NCBI GenBank assembly: GCA_016933155.1
Contig: JAFGBM010000014.1
Span: forward strand, 31,776-95,775
DNA length: 64,000 nucleotides
Direction of reading: 5' to 3'
Source: Demequinaceae bacterium
GTDB taxonomy: Bacteria; Actinomycetota; Actinomycetes; Actinomycetales; Demequinaceae
Numbering within the stretch: the first letter of the stretch is position 1; each line of letters opens with the position of its first letter. The notes beneath the pieces were generated by a model. It was not told the DNA's origin. It searched no databases and saw only the letters and a list, made by a program, of their open reading frames with translations. Below, piece by piece: positions 29,216 through 41,379 of the stretch. The translations under genes were made by a program, and so were the position numbers.

Positions 29216-29808
29216 ATGACGTACGTCCCTGCTCCTTCGCATGCGCCCGAGACCCTCGTCGCTCCCTCCGTCACCGATTTGTCGTGGGAGGGAATCGTCC
29301 GCGACCACTCCACCAGGGTTTATCGGCTCGCCCTCCACCTGACGGGAAATCCCCACGACGCCGAGGACCTGACCCAGGATGTGTTCGTCCGCGTCTTCAA
29401 TTCCCTGTCCAGTTACCAGCCGGGCACTTTTGAGGGGTGGCTTCACCGCATCACGACCAACCTCTTCCTCGATCGGGTGCGGAGACGCAAGAGGATCCGA
29501 TTCGATTGGATGGGTGACGAGGACGGCACGATCGCCACCTCGGATAGTTTTGACCGTCACGAACGGAGCGGCCAACCGGAAGACGCCTTCGACATGGTCA
29601 ACCTCGATGCCGATATCATCGAGGCCCTCGCGGCCCTTCCTCCCGAGTATCGGGTGGCCGTCGTCCTGTCGGACATCGAGGGACTCTCGTATGAGGAGAT
29701 CGCGGCCACCCTGGGCATCAAACTCGGCACCGTGCGCTCCAGGCTGTCTCGCGCTCGTGCCCGCCTCCGGGAGGCCCTCGCCCATCGTGCCCCTACAACG
29801 GACTCGGC

Positions 29809-29815
<7 letters not shown>
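29216..29815 (+). CDS. sigE: ECF RNA polymerase sigma factor SigE-like
   Basis: Region 2 [14 protein letters not shown]. Region 4 [34 protein letters not shown] before ATG 29216. Confidence 0.85.
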
Positions 29816-31714
<1,899 letters not shown>

Positions 31715-31782
31715 CCATGGGAGACGTTCTCGCCCGGGGTCGTTCCGCCGAGAGGGGGGATGCGCTTGCGGCGTGGAAACCG

Positions 31783-31788
31783 TACCGT
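31783..31788 (+). promoter_or_regulatory. Putative -10 box (TACCGT) for leaderless lipoprotein mRNA
   Basis: TACCGT, 6 nt (CGGACT), ATG 31795. Confidence 0.35.
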
Positions 31789-31794
31789 CGGACT

Positions 31795-33129
31795 ATGAAG
31801 GTTGCCAGCCTGGCCGTCGTCGTGGCGATGGTCGCTTCGGGTTGTTCCTTTGACAATCTCGAGAACCCCTATAGGGATCTCGGCCCGGCCCCATCGGCGG
31901 AGGAGATCTTGGAGAGCGTCAACCTCGCCTCCCTCGGGCTTCGGGCGCAGCCGTGCTTCCTCTTCGACGCTCCCGTCGCCCGGTGCTACGCGCCCGACAA
32001 TTGGATGGGGATACGGGAGGGTCGCGAGGCCTTGGGATACGTCCACCGCGAATTGCTCGCCGCAGGGGCCCGCTATTGGGGGAGCTCCGAGTCGCCGACG
32101 ACCGACCGCGGGGCTCCGCGGGTCGCAGGCCTGAACCTGGGCTGCTACTTCGACTACGAGACGGGGGACTTTCCTCTTCGGCTCGTCATCGTCGGGCCGT
32201 CGGGTGAGGCCGAACCGTGCGTCAATGGGCTTCCGGCCGATGGGATCAGCCAGGTCTGGATCATCGGATCGGACTTCGATCCGGAGTCGCACTATGGCGG
32301 GGTCGTCGTGCCGGATTCCCTGGCGCTCCTTCTTCAATCGCTTCCCCCCCGGCTCGTCCGTCCTGATGAGGTCTATGGAGGGGGGTCCTCGACGGTGGAC
32401 GGGTACTACGGCCCGGAGCTGCCCCGGCTCCAGGACACCTACGGGGTGCACATCCTCTTCGACACGGTATCAGTCACCGGGGGAGTGGCCCGAGGGCTCG
32501 TCCAGTATGGGGGCGAGAAACCGGTCGAAGTCCCGGCAGGGGAGACCGGGGAGGGCGACGATGCGCAGACGAGCCTCGTCCAACGGGAGACAACGGGAGC
32601 CGTCGGGGTCGTCATCGAGGTGGGCCTTGCCCGATACTCGGTGCCGGTCGTCATCCGGATGGGCGAATCCGCGCCATTCGAGATTGCCCTGCCAGCCGGT
32701 TTTGAGGCCGACGACCTGAGGGTCGCCCCCGCATGGAACCACACGAACGTCGACTGGCGCGGCGGGCAGCGGTTCAGCGGGCCGACCTCGGACCCGGACT
32801 GTGGAAAAGGGGTCGGAGAAGACGGGGCCGATGTGGCTGCCCTCGCTCCAGGCAAGGGACAGGAGTGCTTGGTGTTCGAAGCCCAGGCGACAACGACAGC
32901 GGGGAAGAGAATCTCGGTCGAGGCGGTGGTAGCGATCTTCGCGGAGGACGGAACCGTCACGGAGGTGTCGGAGCCATTCATCCTGGCGCAGGGGATAGGG
33001 CCGGTGGTGGGCAACGCCAGCATCATCTTCCCGGACATCCAGCTGGCTTGGACGGCTCCGACCGGTTCGGCGGCCTCGACGGGAGTCTGGATTCGATACG
33101 CCGAGCAATCGGACATTGCCGCCGAATAG
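31795..33129 (+). CDS. Lipoprotein of unknown function
   Basis: MKVASLAVVVAMVASGC lipobox signal. 444 aa with no recognisable domain. Confidence 0.6.
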   Translation: MKVASLAVVVAMVASGCSFDNLENPYRDLGPAPSAEEILESVNLASLGLRAQPCFLFDAPVARCYAPDNWMGIREGREALGYVHRELLAAGARYWGSSESPTTDRGAPRVAGLNLGCYFDYETGDFPLRLVIVGPSGEAEPCVNGLPADGISQVWIIGSDFDPESHYGGVVVPDSLALLLQSLPPRLVRPDEVYGGGSSTVDGYYGPELPRLQDTYGVHILFDTVSVTGGVARGLVQYGGEKPVEVPAGETGEGDDAQTSLVQRETTGAVGVVIEVGLARYSVPVVIRMGESAPFEIALPAGFEADDLRVAPAWNHTNVDWRGGQRFSGPTSDPDCGKGVGEDGADVAALAPGKGQECLVFEAQATTTAGKRISVEAVVAIFAEDGTVTEVSEPFILAQGIGPVVGNASIIFPDIQLAWTAPTGSAASTGVWIRYAEQSDIAAE

Positions 33130-33210
33130 GGTCCTCGGCGGAGCACGGTCAGGGTGCGGGTTCGGGGGGGGTGACGGTCGGGCGACTAGGGACAGGGGGG
33201 ATGAGCCGTC

Positions 33211-33216
33211 TAGTCT
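33211..33216 (+). promoter_or_regulatory. Putative -10 box (TAGTCT) for leaderless manC operon mRNA
   Basis: TAGTCT, 7 nt, GTG 33224. Confidence 0.4.
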
Positions 33217-33223
33217 TGTCCTC

Positions 33224-34300
33224 GTGAGTCCAGACGCAGGCTTCTCGGCCGTCATACCCGCCGGAGGCGTAGGTAGCAGGCTATGGCCCCTCTCCACCCC
33301 GGATCATCCGAAGTTCCTCCTGGACCTGCTGGGCTCCGGCGCCAGCCTCCTTCAGGACACGGTAGCCCGCGTGGCCCCCGTCTCGGACCGGATCATGATC
33401 GTCACCGGGGCTGCACATGTTTCTTCCGTCCGGGGCCAGCTTCCGTGTCTCGGCGATGACGACGTCATCGCCGAACCCAGCCCTCACGACTCCATGCCCG
33501 CCATCGCCCTCGCGGCCGCCGTCCTCGAGAGGCGCCACGGGCCCCATTCCATGGGGGCATTCTCCGCCGACCACGTCATCCGGAAGCCGGAGGCCTTTCG
33601 GGAGGCTGTTCGAATCGCCAGAGCGGCAGCGGAGGCCGGGAAGGTCGTCGTCATCGGCATCGAACCGAGGGGGCCTTCGACGGCCTTCGGCTACATCAAG
33701 GCGGAGGCCCCGATCGAGGGGATGGAGGGCGTGCGCCAGGTGGAGGCCTTCACGGAGAAGCCGGATGCTTCGACGGCGGAGGCCATGCTCGCCGCGGGAT
33801 CCCACTACTGGAACGCCGGCATGTACGTCACCAGAACGGATGTGCTGCTCGGCCACCTCTCACGGACCCATCCGAGCCTGGAGCAGGGGGTCAGGGAACT
33901 CGCGGAGGCATGGGACGGCCCCCGCAGGGCGGCGGAACTCGATCGGATCTGGCCGGATCTGACCTGCATCGCCATCGATCACGCCATCGCGGAGCCGGTC
34001 GCAGCCGAGGGCGGGGTCGCGGTCGTCCCCGGCGATCTAGACTGGTATGACATCGGCGACTTCGCCGTGCTCGCCTCCATGATGGAACCGGGCCCCGACG
34101 GGGTTCGCCTCCTACAGAGGGAGGCAGGGGTCACGACGATTGACGCCCCGGGTGCGATGGTTGTGGGAGGTGAACGACCGGTGGTTCTAGTCGGGGTAGG
34201 CGACGTCACGGTCGTCGATGCCCCCGACGCCATCCTCGTCCTCGGCAGGGACTCGGCGCAGAAGGTGAAGCAAGCGATGGAGGGGACCCGCAAACGATGA
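33224..34300 (+). CDS. manC: Mannose-1-phosphate guanylyltransferase (nucleotidyltransferase family)
   Basis: N-terminal IPAGGVGSRLWPLS nucleotide-binding loop, then FGYIK and WNAGMY motifs. Start at GTG 33224. Confidence 0.8.
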   Translation: MSPDAGFSAVIPAGGVGSRLWPLSTPDHPKFLLDLLGSGASLLQDTVARVAPVSDRIMIVTGAAHVSSVRGQLPCLGDDDVIAEPSPHDSMPAIALAAAVLERRHGPHSMGAFSADHVIRKPEAFREAVRIARAAAEAGKVVVIGIEPRGPSTAFGYIKAEAPIEGMEGVRQVEAFTEKPDASTAEAMLAAGSHYWNAGMYVTRTDVLLGHLSRTHPSLEQGVRELAEAWDGPRRAAELDRIWPDLTCIAIDHAIAEPVAAEGGVAVVPGDLDWYDIGDFAVLASMMEPGPDGVRLLQREAGVTTIDAPGAMVVGGERPVVLVGVGDVTVVDAPDAILVLGRDSAQKVKQAMEGTRKR

Positions 34301-35319
34301 AATGGCAGGCAACGACCATCCTCGCTCGGCTCGGGAAGGCCGTGGGACTGCGCCGGAAATGGCGCGATTCCTCATCCATCCGGCGGGCGATGAGGCTCGC
34401 CCAGAGGGCCTCCGAAGGGGAGATGCCGGCCGCCTGGTTCCGGGCGTACGAACGCGCGTTGGCCGCCCTCAACGAGGAGGATCGATTCAGGTTTACCAAA
34501 CTCACCGTCGACCTTGACCCCTCCGCACTCGACGTGGCCCAACGGGGCCTCGCCTCCGGGGCTCCGTCGAGCGCCGTTTTCGGCCTCATCCGGGCGTGGA
34601 AGGACCTTACCGACGCCGAGCGGGAACTCGCCTTGGGTCCCGTCCGTGAGGCCAAGGAAGGCCCGGTCGTCCTGGCGGGCGCCCCCGCACGTCAGATGGA
34701 CGACACCACCTGCGGCGCAGCTGCGATGGCGATCATGCTCATGGTCGGGGACCCCTTCGTCGGGATATGGGTCGCGAGTGGGCGGTCGTTCTTCCACTAC
34801 CTGCCCCCGGAGGTGGCGCGCATCCCCCGTCGGGCGTGGATGATGACCCCCCAGGAGCGATGGGAAGGCCTCCAGAAGTCGATTCACGTCGACACCGTTC
34901 GACGGGGTTTCCTCCTTCTCGTCCCCTGGCCCAAGTCCCTCGGAACCCCGCCCTGGCGGGTGGACAACCACACTCGCTTCCTCGGCCTGAGGTTCCATGG
35001 CGGGATCGTGGACGACACGGACGAGACCGACCTCGACGCGATGATCACGCGGGCGACGGCGGCCCTCATCGACGGCATCCCCGTGCCGATCTACGCCTCC
35101 GGGGACTCCTCTCGGGGGCTCGACACGGTTGTGCCGAGGCATGTGGTACTACTGACCCACATCCTTGACGGAGGATTCCTCGCGTACGAGCCGGCAAGCG
35201 CGGCCCAGCACTTCGTCTCGGAGAGGCAGTTGCGCGAGGGGGGTAAGGGCCTCGACGCCTTGGGTCATTGGTCGCACATCTCGTGGATGGTCCTTCCGAA
35301 GGCAAAGCCGAACGCGTGA
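34297..35319 (+). CDS. Hypothetical protein with papain-like (peptidase C39-like) Cys/His motifs
   Basis: RQMDDTTCGAAAMAIML (Gln ... Cys-Gly) and VVPRHVVLLTHILDGGFLAYEP (His ... Glu-Pro) match the order and spacing of C39-type peptidases. ATGA overlap with manC and GTGA overlap with add. Confidence 0.5.
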   Translation: MKWQATTILARLGKAVGLRRKWRDSSSIRRAMRLAQRASEGEMPAAWFRAYERALAALNEEDRFRFTKLTVDLDPSALDVAQRGLASGAPSSAVFGLIRAWKDLTDAERELALGPVREAKEGPVVLAGAPARQMDDTTCGAAAMAIMLMVGDPFVGIWVASGRSFFHYLPPEVARIPRRAWMMTPQERWEGLQKSIHVDTVRRGFLLLVPWPKSLGTPPWRVDNHTRFLGLRFHGGIVDDTDETDLDAMITRATAALIDGIPVPIYASGDSSRGLDTVVPRHVVLLTHILDGGFLAYEPASAAQHFVSERQLREGGKGLDALGHWSHISWMVLPKAKPNA

Positions 35320-36401
35320 CGACGAAGGGATGCGGGCCGTCGGCTGAGGAGATCCACGCTTTTCCCAAGGTGGTGCTTCACGATCACCTGGACGGGGGGC
35401 TCCGGCCGGAGACCATGCTCGACCTGGCCCAGGCGGCTGGTCACCGGTTGCCGACCGCCGATCCGGACGCGCTCGGGAGGTGGTTCGTCGATCAGGCCTC
35501 CGCGGGCTCCCTTCCGGCCTTCCTCGAGACCTTCGCCCATACCGTCGCCTGCCTGCAGAGCCGGGACGCCTTGGCGCGGGCGGCGCGCGAGGCGGTCGTG
35601 GATCACGCCCGAGACGGGGTGGTCTACGTCGAGATCCGCTATGCGCCGGAGTTGCACGTCGCCGGGGGGTTGACGATGCAGGAGGCCGTCGAGGCGGTGG
35701 CGGCCGGCCTCGACGAGGGGATCGCGGAGGCGCGTCGAGAGGGATATTCGATCCGGGCCGCCGCGCTGCTGACGGCCATGCGGCAGGCGGATCGGAGCGC
35801 CGAGGTAGCCGCTCTTGCGCTTGCGAACCCCGACATGTGTGTGGGGTTCGACATCGCGGGTCCCGAGGCCGGGTTTCCCCCGTCCGGGCATGCGGAAGCA
35901 TTCACCCTGCTTCGGGATGCCCTCGTTCCCGTCACCATTCACGCGGGAGAGGCCGCCGGCCCGGACAGCATCTCCGAGGCGGTGTCCATCGGTGCGGCCC
36001 GTCGTCTCGGCCACGGCCTCAGGATCCTCGACGACATCGAGGATCCGATCGGGGAGCCCCGCTTCGGGAAGGTGGCGGCCTTCGTCCGCGACAATCGCAT
36101 CCCTCTCGAAATCTGTCCGACGTCGAACGTACAGACGGGCGCCGCGTCGTCGATCGCCCGTCATCCCGTGACCGTGCTTCGTGACCTGGGGTTCACCGTG
36201 ACCATCAATCCCGACAACCGCCTGATGTGCGGGACCACGACGTCCCGGGAGATGGGTCTTCTCGTCGAGGAAGCCGGCTGGGGGGTGGCCGACCTCGAAC
36301 TCGCGAGCCTGGACGCAGCGAGGGCGGCCTTCCAGCCCCTCGATGTCCGACAGGAAATCGCCGAGGCCGTCTTCAAGGGATTCGAGGGCGTCGAGCCGTG
36401 A
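35316..36401 (+). CDS. add: Adenosine deaminase
   Basis: PKVVLHDHLDGGLRP and TIHAGEAAG metal and catalytic motifs. GTG start overlapping the upstream stop. Confidence 0.9.
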   Translation: MTTKGCGPSAEEIHAFPKVVLHDHLDGGLRPETMLDLAQAAGHRLPTADPDALGRWFVDQASAGSLPAFLETFAHTVACLQSRDALARAAREAVVDHARDGVVYVEIRYAPELHVAGGLTMQEAVEAVAAGLDEGIAEARREGYSIRAAALLTAMRQADRSAEVAALALANPDMCVGFDIAGPEAGFPPSGHAEAFTLLRDALVPVTIHAGEAAGPDSISEAVSIGAARRLGHGLRILDDIEDPIGEPRFGKVAAFVRDNRIPLEICPTSNVQTGAASSIARHPVTVLRDLGFTVTINPDNRLMCGTTTSREMGLLVEEAGWGVADLELASLDAARAAFQPLDVRQEIAEAVFKGFEGVEP

Positions 36402-37081
36402 TTACCAGGACAGAGGCCGCACGACTCATCGATCACACACTCCTTCGCCCGGACGCGACCCTGCCCGAGATCGAGGCCTGTGTGGGCGAAGCCGTCGACC
36501 TAGGGGTGTATGCCGTCTGCGTCGAAGGCCGATGGGTCGAAGATGTCGTCGAAATGGCCTGGGGGACGGGCCTCAAGGTTGTCACGGTCTGCGGCTTTCC
36601 CACGGGAGAGGCGGGGATGGGGGTCAAGGCCGAGGAGGCTGCCATGGCGGCGTCGCTCGGCGCCGACGAGGTGGATATGGTTGCCGATCTGGAGGCCATC
36701 CGCCTGGGGGAGTGGGAGCGCCTCGAGAGGGAGGTGGCGATGGTTCGGGTCGCCATCGATGATGTCGCTCCAGGAGGCATTCTCAAGGTCATCCTTGAGA
36801 CCGCCGCCTTGGACATGACCGCCGTCGGAAACGCCGCGCGGACAGTCGCGCGAGGCGGGGCGGACTTCGTCAAGACCTCGACCGGATTCCACAAGGCCGG
36901 GGGGGCGACGGTCGAGACCGTCCGGCTCCTCCACAAGTACGTGGGGGGCCGCCTGGGAGTCAAGGCTTCGGGCGGGATCAGGACCGCGGACGAGGCCGTC
37001 GCCCTGCTCCGGGCGGGGGCGACGCGACTCGGCACCTCGAGGACGAGGGACATCCTCGAAGGCTGGGCTGCCGAGGTTTAG
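36398..37081 (+). CDS. deoC: Deoxyribose-phosphate aldolase
   Basis: IDHTLLRPDAT, VCGFPTG, VKASGGIRT (Schiff-base Lys). GTGA overlap with add. Confidence 0.9.
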   Translation: MITRTEAARLIDHTLLRPDATLPEIEACVGEAVDLGVYAVCVEGRWVEDVVEMAWGTGLKVVTVCGFPTGEAGMGVKAEEAAMAASLGADEVDMVADLEAIRLGEWERLEREVAMVRVAIDDVAPGGILKVILETAALDMTAVGNAARTVARGGADFVKTSTGFHKAGGATVETVRLLHKYVGGRLGVKASGGIRTADEAVALLRAGATRLGTSRTRDILEGWAAEV

Positions 37082-38652
37082 CGGGGCAGGATGGCCCTCA
37101 CCTCGGCCTCAACGTCGCCCATGGTTGCCCTGGCCATCTGTCGATCGAGAACAAGATCGTCGACAATCGGCCGGATGACTTCCACGTAGGCCTTGATCTT
37201 CGCCTCCGTACCGGATGGCCTGACCACCACTCGAGTCCCTGCGTCGGTGAAGATCCGGACACCGTTGGCGGAGGAAAGGCCGTCGAGGCCCGCCGACGCG
37301 TCTTCGACGGATGCCACGGGGGATCCCCCGAGGGAAGCAGGTGGTGAAGCCAGGATCCGGGCGACGGCCCGGGCGGCTTCGGCGGGGGTGGGGGTCCGGA
37401 CGGCCACGAGCCGTGTGAGATGAACGCCATAGGTGCGGTCTAGGTCGTCGAGGGCCTCACCGAGGGTGCGACCCGAAGCCCCCAGAATCGATGCGTATTC
37501 GGCTCCGGCGAGGGCGGCCGAGATCCCGTCCTTGTCGCGGACGATGTCCGGGGCCAGGCAGTAGCCCAACGCCTCCTCGTAGGCGAAGGCCAGGCCAGGC
37601 ACTCGAGAGAGCCACTTGAATCCCGTGAGGGTCGTGGTTGAGCCCAGCCCGTGGCGGCGGGCGATGGCCGAGAGCCTCCGCGACGAGACGACCGTGGAGG
37701 CGAGGGTGTCGGCGTCGTGGACGACCCCCGGAAGCGACTCCCCCGCCTGGAGCCGCCCGGCGATCCATTCGCCCAAGAGCCCTCCGCTCTCGTCTCCGGT
37801 CAACGTCCTCCAGGTGCCATCGATCGGAACTCCCCAGGCGCACCGGTCGGCATCGGGATCGAGGGCGACGGCCAACGTCGCGCCAGCCTCCCGAGCCAGA
37901 TTGAGGACGAGATCCATAGCGCCCGGCTCCTCGGGGTTGGGAAAGGGCACCGTGGGAAAATCGGGATCGGGATCGAACTGCGCATCGACAGGATGGACCC
38001 GAGTGAACCCCGCAGCCTCCAACACCGCGAGCGCAGTGGCCCCGCCGACCCCGTGGAGGGGCGTCAGGGCTATCCCGAGGGAGGCTCTCCGGTTCGCGAC
38101 CTCGCCCGTGGACGGGGGAATGAGTCCGGATACGGCCCGGATGTAGCCCTCCTCGACTTCGTCGCCCAGGACGGTCCAGGCGCCTGCGGGGCCCGCCGCC
38201 CGATCGCCGACCCTGTCGATCCACCCCTGGATCTCCGCATCGGTGGGGGAGGCGATCTGTGCCCCCCGTCCGACGTCGTCCGTCAGCCGTCCCCCGAGGT
38301 AGAGCTTGAGGCCGTTGTCCGATGCGGGGTTGTGGCTGGCGGTCACCATGACCCCGGCGTCGGCATCGAGGAAGCGGACCGCGAAAGCTAGGACGGGGGT
38401 CGGAAGCGGCCGGGGAAGCAGACGAGCCCTATGCCCCGTCGCGGACAGGATCCCCGTCACCTCAAGGGCGAAGGTGTCCGACTCGTGCCGGGCGTCGTAC
38501 CCCACGACGACCGTCGCGGGCCTTCCCCCGAGCCGATCCGAGAGGAATCCGGCTAGTCCGGACGAGACGCGTCGCACCGTGTCGATGTTCATGCGGTCTG
38601 GGCCGGGTCCGAGGGCTCCGCGGATCCCGGCGGTCCCGAAGGTGAGGGGCAC
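37078..38652 (-). CDS. Alpha-D-phosphohexomutase family protein (phosphomannomutase / phosphopentomutase-like)
   Basis: FGTAGIRG, active-site TASHNPASDNG, ALDPDADR metal loop. Next to punA, as I recall for mycobacterial deoD-pmmB. Confidence 0.85.
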   Translation of the reverse strand: MPLTFGTAGIRGALGPGPDRMNIDTVRRVSSGLAGFLSDRLGGRPATVVVGYDARHESDTFALEVTGILSATGHRARLLPRPLPTPVLAFAVRFLDADAGVMVTASHNPASDNGLKLYLGGRLTDDVGRGAQIASPTDAEIQGWIDRVGDRAAGPAGAWTVLGDEVEEGYIRAVSGLIPPSTGEVANRRASLGIALTPLHGVGGATALAVLEAAGFTRVHPVDAQFDPDPDFPTVPFPNPEEPGAMDLVLNLAREAGATLAVALDPDADRCAWGVPIDGTWRTLTGDESGGLLGEWIAGRLQAGESLPGVVHDADTLASTVVSSRRLSAIARRHGLGSTTTLTGFKWLSRVPGLAFAYEEALGYCLAPDIVRDKDGISAALAGAEYASILGASGRTLGEALDDLDRTYGVHLTRLVAVRTPTPAEAARAVARILASPPASLGGSPVASVEDASAGLDGLSSANGVRIFTDAGTRVVVRPSGTEAKIKAYVEVIRPIVDDLVLDRQMARATMGDVEAEVRAILPR

Positions 38653-38663
38653 GAGACGATCCC

Positions 38664-39461
38664 CTAGAGGCGGCCGACGATGTCGCCGAGCAGGCGGGAG
38701 ATCCGAGGGCCCGCTTCCCTGCCGGCGGCGAGCACCTCGTCGTGGCTCGGGGCCGCGTCGGAGATCCCGGCCGCCAGATTGGTCACCAGGGAAAGCCCCA
38801 GGACCTCGAGCCCGGCCGCCCGCGCGGCGATGGCCTCGAGGGCGGTCGACATCCCGATGAGGCTCGCCCCCAGGGCCGTCGCCATCCGGATCTCGGCGGG
38901 GGTCTCGTACTGGGGGCCGGGGAACTGGGCGTAGACCCCTTCCTCAAGGGAGGGATCCGACTCCCGGGCGACGGCCCGCAGGCGGGTCGAGTACAGGTCG
39001 GTGAGGTCGACGAAGGCGGGGCCGACGAGCGGGCTCGCCCCCGTGAGGTTGATGTGGTCCGAGATGAGGACGGGGGCGCCGGGGCCGACCTCGGGTCGGG
39101 TCGAGCCGCAGCCGTTCGTCAGGATGACGATGCGGCAGCCGGCAGCGGCCGCGACCCGGATGGGATGGCCGACGGCGACCGCGTCCCGGGATTCGTAGAA
39201 ATGGTGACGGGCGCCCAGGATGAGGACGTGCAAGCCGGTTGACGTGACAACGGAGGAGAGGGTCGAGCCGTGGCCCTCCACCGAGGAGGCGGAGAACCCC
39301 GGGATCTCACCGGCCGTAACCGACGCGACTTCCTGGCCGAGGGAATCGGCCGCCCCCGCCCAGCCCGACCCGAGCACGAGGGCGACGTCGTGCGTCAGAA
39401 CCCCAGTGCGGTCGGCCAGGACCCGGGCGGCCTCCGCGGCCAGCCTCAAAGCCTCGTCCAT
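38664..39461 (-). CDS. punA: Purine nucleoside phosphorylase (trimeric PunA type)
   Basis: GSGWAG, GRHHFYE-like ARHHFYES, GPQYETPAE, GMSTALE. Start moved to ATG 39461 (MDEALRLAAE). Confidence 0.9.
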   Translation of the reverse strand: MDEALRLAAEAARVLADRTGVLTHDVALVLGSGWAGAADSLGQEVASVTAGEIPGFSASSVEGHGSTLSSVVTSTGLHVLILGARHHFYESRDAVAVGHPIRVAAAAGCRIVILTNGCGSTRPEVGPGAPVLISDHINLTGASPLVGPAFVDLTDLYSTRLRAVARESDPSLEEGVYAQFPGPQYETPAEIRMATALGASLIGMSTALEAIAARAAGLEVLGLSLVTNLAAGISDAAPSHDEVLAAGREAGPRISRLLGDIVGRL

Positions 39462-39471
39462 GTCCCCCACC

Positions 39472-41379
39472 TCAGTCCTCCTCGCCTGACGAAGCCACAG
39501 CCACCGTGATGGCAAGGCTCAGATGGTCGGAAAGGGGGGAGTCCCCGAGGGTGAATTCGGAGAACGAGACACCCAGACCGAACAGGTAGTCGAGACGAGC
39601 GTGGAAGTCGTCTCCAAGGTAGGTGTCGGCGGGTTGCCAGAGTTGATCCTGCGCACTGAGGAATTCGGCATCGGTCATCCGAGAGACGGTTGCGCTCTCC
39701 GGAGTGGCATTGAAGTCGCCCCCGACGACCGTCGGAGTGCCGTCGTCCGGAAGCCCCGCGAGAAGGGTCTCGACCTCAGCGACCCTGGTGGCCTCGTCGT
39801 CCTTGTGCTGCAGGTGAACGGAGACGACTCTGATCGGACCGTCGGCGGTCTCGATCGTCGCAGCGATCGCGGCGCGCCGCTGAGGCCCGGCTCCGAAGGG
39901 AAGGGGAATCGCGAGGACATCGTCGATGGAATACCGCGAGAGGATGGCGTTCCCGAACTGTTGATCATGGGTTCCGAGGAAGACGTAGTTCATGTCGAGG
40001 CCATCGGCGACGAGTTGAAGCAGGTCCGCACCGCCTCCCAGGATCCACCCCCGATCGACCTCCTGAAGGAGGACGACGTCCGCGTCCTGGGCCTTGATCG
40101 CGTCCACTAGGCCCGAGGGATCCACGCCCGGGCCTCCCCCGGCCGGAGGGATGACCCCGTAGTGGAGGTTCCAGGAGACGATTCGAAGTTGGGATGGGAG
40201 GTCATCGGTCGGGGAGGCCCCTTGGTTGAAGGACATCGATGCGGGAAGAGCGATCAGGATCGCGGCGACGAAGACCAAGGCGGCCCGGCGGCGGGATCCC
40301 GTCAGGGCTCGCGCCATTCCTCCCCGGGGTCGCATCGCTCCGAAGACCCCGCCGACGACGAGAAGGGCGGAGGCACCGACCATCACGAGGAGGTGGGGAA
40401 AGCCCAACGGCTTGTCGTAGTCCAGTTGAACCGCGAGGAAGGGGGCGAGGATCGCTAGGCCGAAGGCGGTGGCGGATCCCAGGGACCGGAGGCCGGAAGG
40501 GGGATCCCCGGGCCTGACCGAGAGGGCACGGCTGGCCAGGTAGGTGAGGCAAAGGGAGGCGAGGGGGAGGGCGACAACGACGGAGATCCCCCCGAGGATG
40601 ACGAAACTGTGGGTTGAACCGAGCGCGACGGCGCCGACGATGGCGGTGGGGATTCCCCCACCGTTGGGGCGGAGCGACGCCAGGACCGCTCCACCCGCGA
40701 GCCCCACGACGGCAAGGACGATCGCGGGGGCGAGATGAATCCCTCCCTGGCTCGAGATGTAGCCGAGATTGGCAAGGGCGAAGGCCAGGAGGGAAAGCCA
40801 GATTCCGAAGGCCCAGAGGCCCTTTGCGGGCTTCTCGGAGGTATCTCTACGGGAGCGCCAGGCCCCACCGAGCACAATGAGGCAGACGAGCGCTGTCGCC
40901 GACCATCCCCATCCATCCGAGCGCCAGGCGGCGTCCCAGGTGTGAAGGAGCCCCTGTTCGAGGACCGAGACGCATCCCCCGATGGCGCCCGCCGCGAGCA
41001 CGGCCGCACCCCCTCCGACGGCGAGGCTTCTTCGGATGACCAGGAGCAGGAGGGTGAGGGACACGGCGAGGGCGGTCAGTCCGATTGCGACGAGGGTGAT
41101 CCCCGAGGCAAAGGGGAAGGAGAGGCGGAGGAGAACGAGGAGGACGGCGGTGAAAAGGGCGACCCGGGCGATCCCTATCCGTCGCCCGAGTACGGCGGCG
41201 AGATGGGCGAGGATCCCGGTCGCGAGGTAGGGGCCGAAAGCCGCGAGGGCGAGGATGGGGGCGGGGAAGTCGAGGAGGTGGGAGAGCAGGGGCCCGGAGG
41301 CTCGGATCAGGTCGAGGGTGAGCCAGGTGACGCCGACCAGGAGTCCGAGGACGCGTCCTTGGGGTCCGGTCATGCTCAC
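39472..41379 (-). CDS. Polytopic membrane protein with C-terminal endonuclease/exonuclease/phosphatase (EEP) domain
   Basis: First ~390 aa contain about 10-12 hydrophobic helices. C-terminus has EEP motifs VSWNLHY, VVLLQEVD, GGDFNATP, LSDHLSL. ATGA overlap with the upstream FTR1 gene. Confidence 0.7.
   Translation of the reverse strand: MSMTGPQGRVLGLLVGVTWLTLDLIRASGPLLSHLLDFPAPILALAAFGPYLATGILAHLAAVLGRRIGIARVALFTAVLLVLLRLSFPFASGITLVAIGLTALAVSLTLLLLVIRRSLAVGGGAAVLAAGAIGGCVSVLEQGLLHTWDAAWRSDGWGWSATALVCLIVLGGAWRSRRDTSEKPAKGLWAFGIWLSLLAFALANLGYISSQGGIHLAPAIVLAVVGLAGGAVLASLRPNGGGIPTAIVGAVALGSTHSFVILGGISVVVALPLASLCLTYLASRALSVRPGDPPSGLRSLGSATAFGLAILAPFLAVQLDYDKPLGFPHLLVMVGASALLVVGGVFGAMRPRGGMARALTGSRRRAALVFVAAILIALPASMSFNQGASPTDDLPSQLRIVSWNLHYGVIPPAGGGPGVDPSGLVDAIKAQDADVVLLQEVDRGWILGGGADLLQLVADGLDMNYVFLGTHDQQFGNAILSRYSIDDVLAIPLPFGAGPQRRAAIAATIETADGPIRVVSVHLQHKDDEATRVAEVETLLAGLPDDGTPTVVGGDFNATPESATVSRMTDAEFLSAQDQLWQPADTYLGDDFHARLDYLFGLGVSFSEFTLGDSPLSDHLSLAITVAVASSGEED

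Noticed and set aside
33152-33171. G-quadruplex-type run GGGTGCGGGTTCGGGGGGGG in the lipoprotein/manC spacer
   Set aside because: G-tract motifs of this kind are frequent by chance in DNA of this GC content. Nothing ties it to a specific function.
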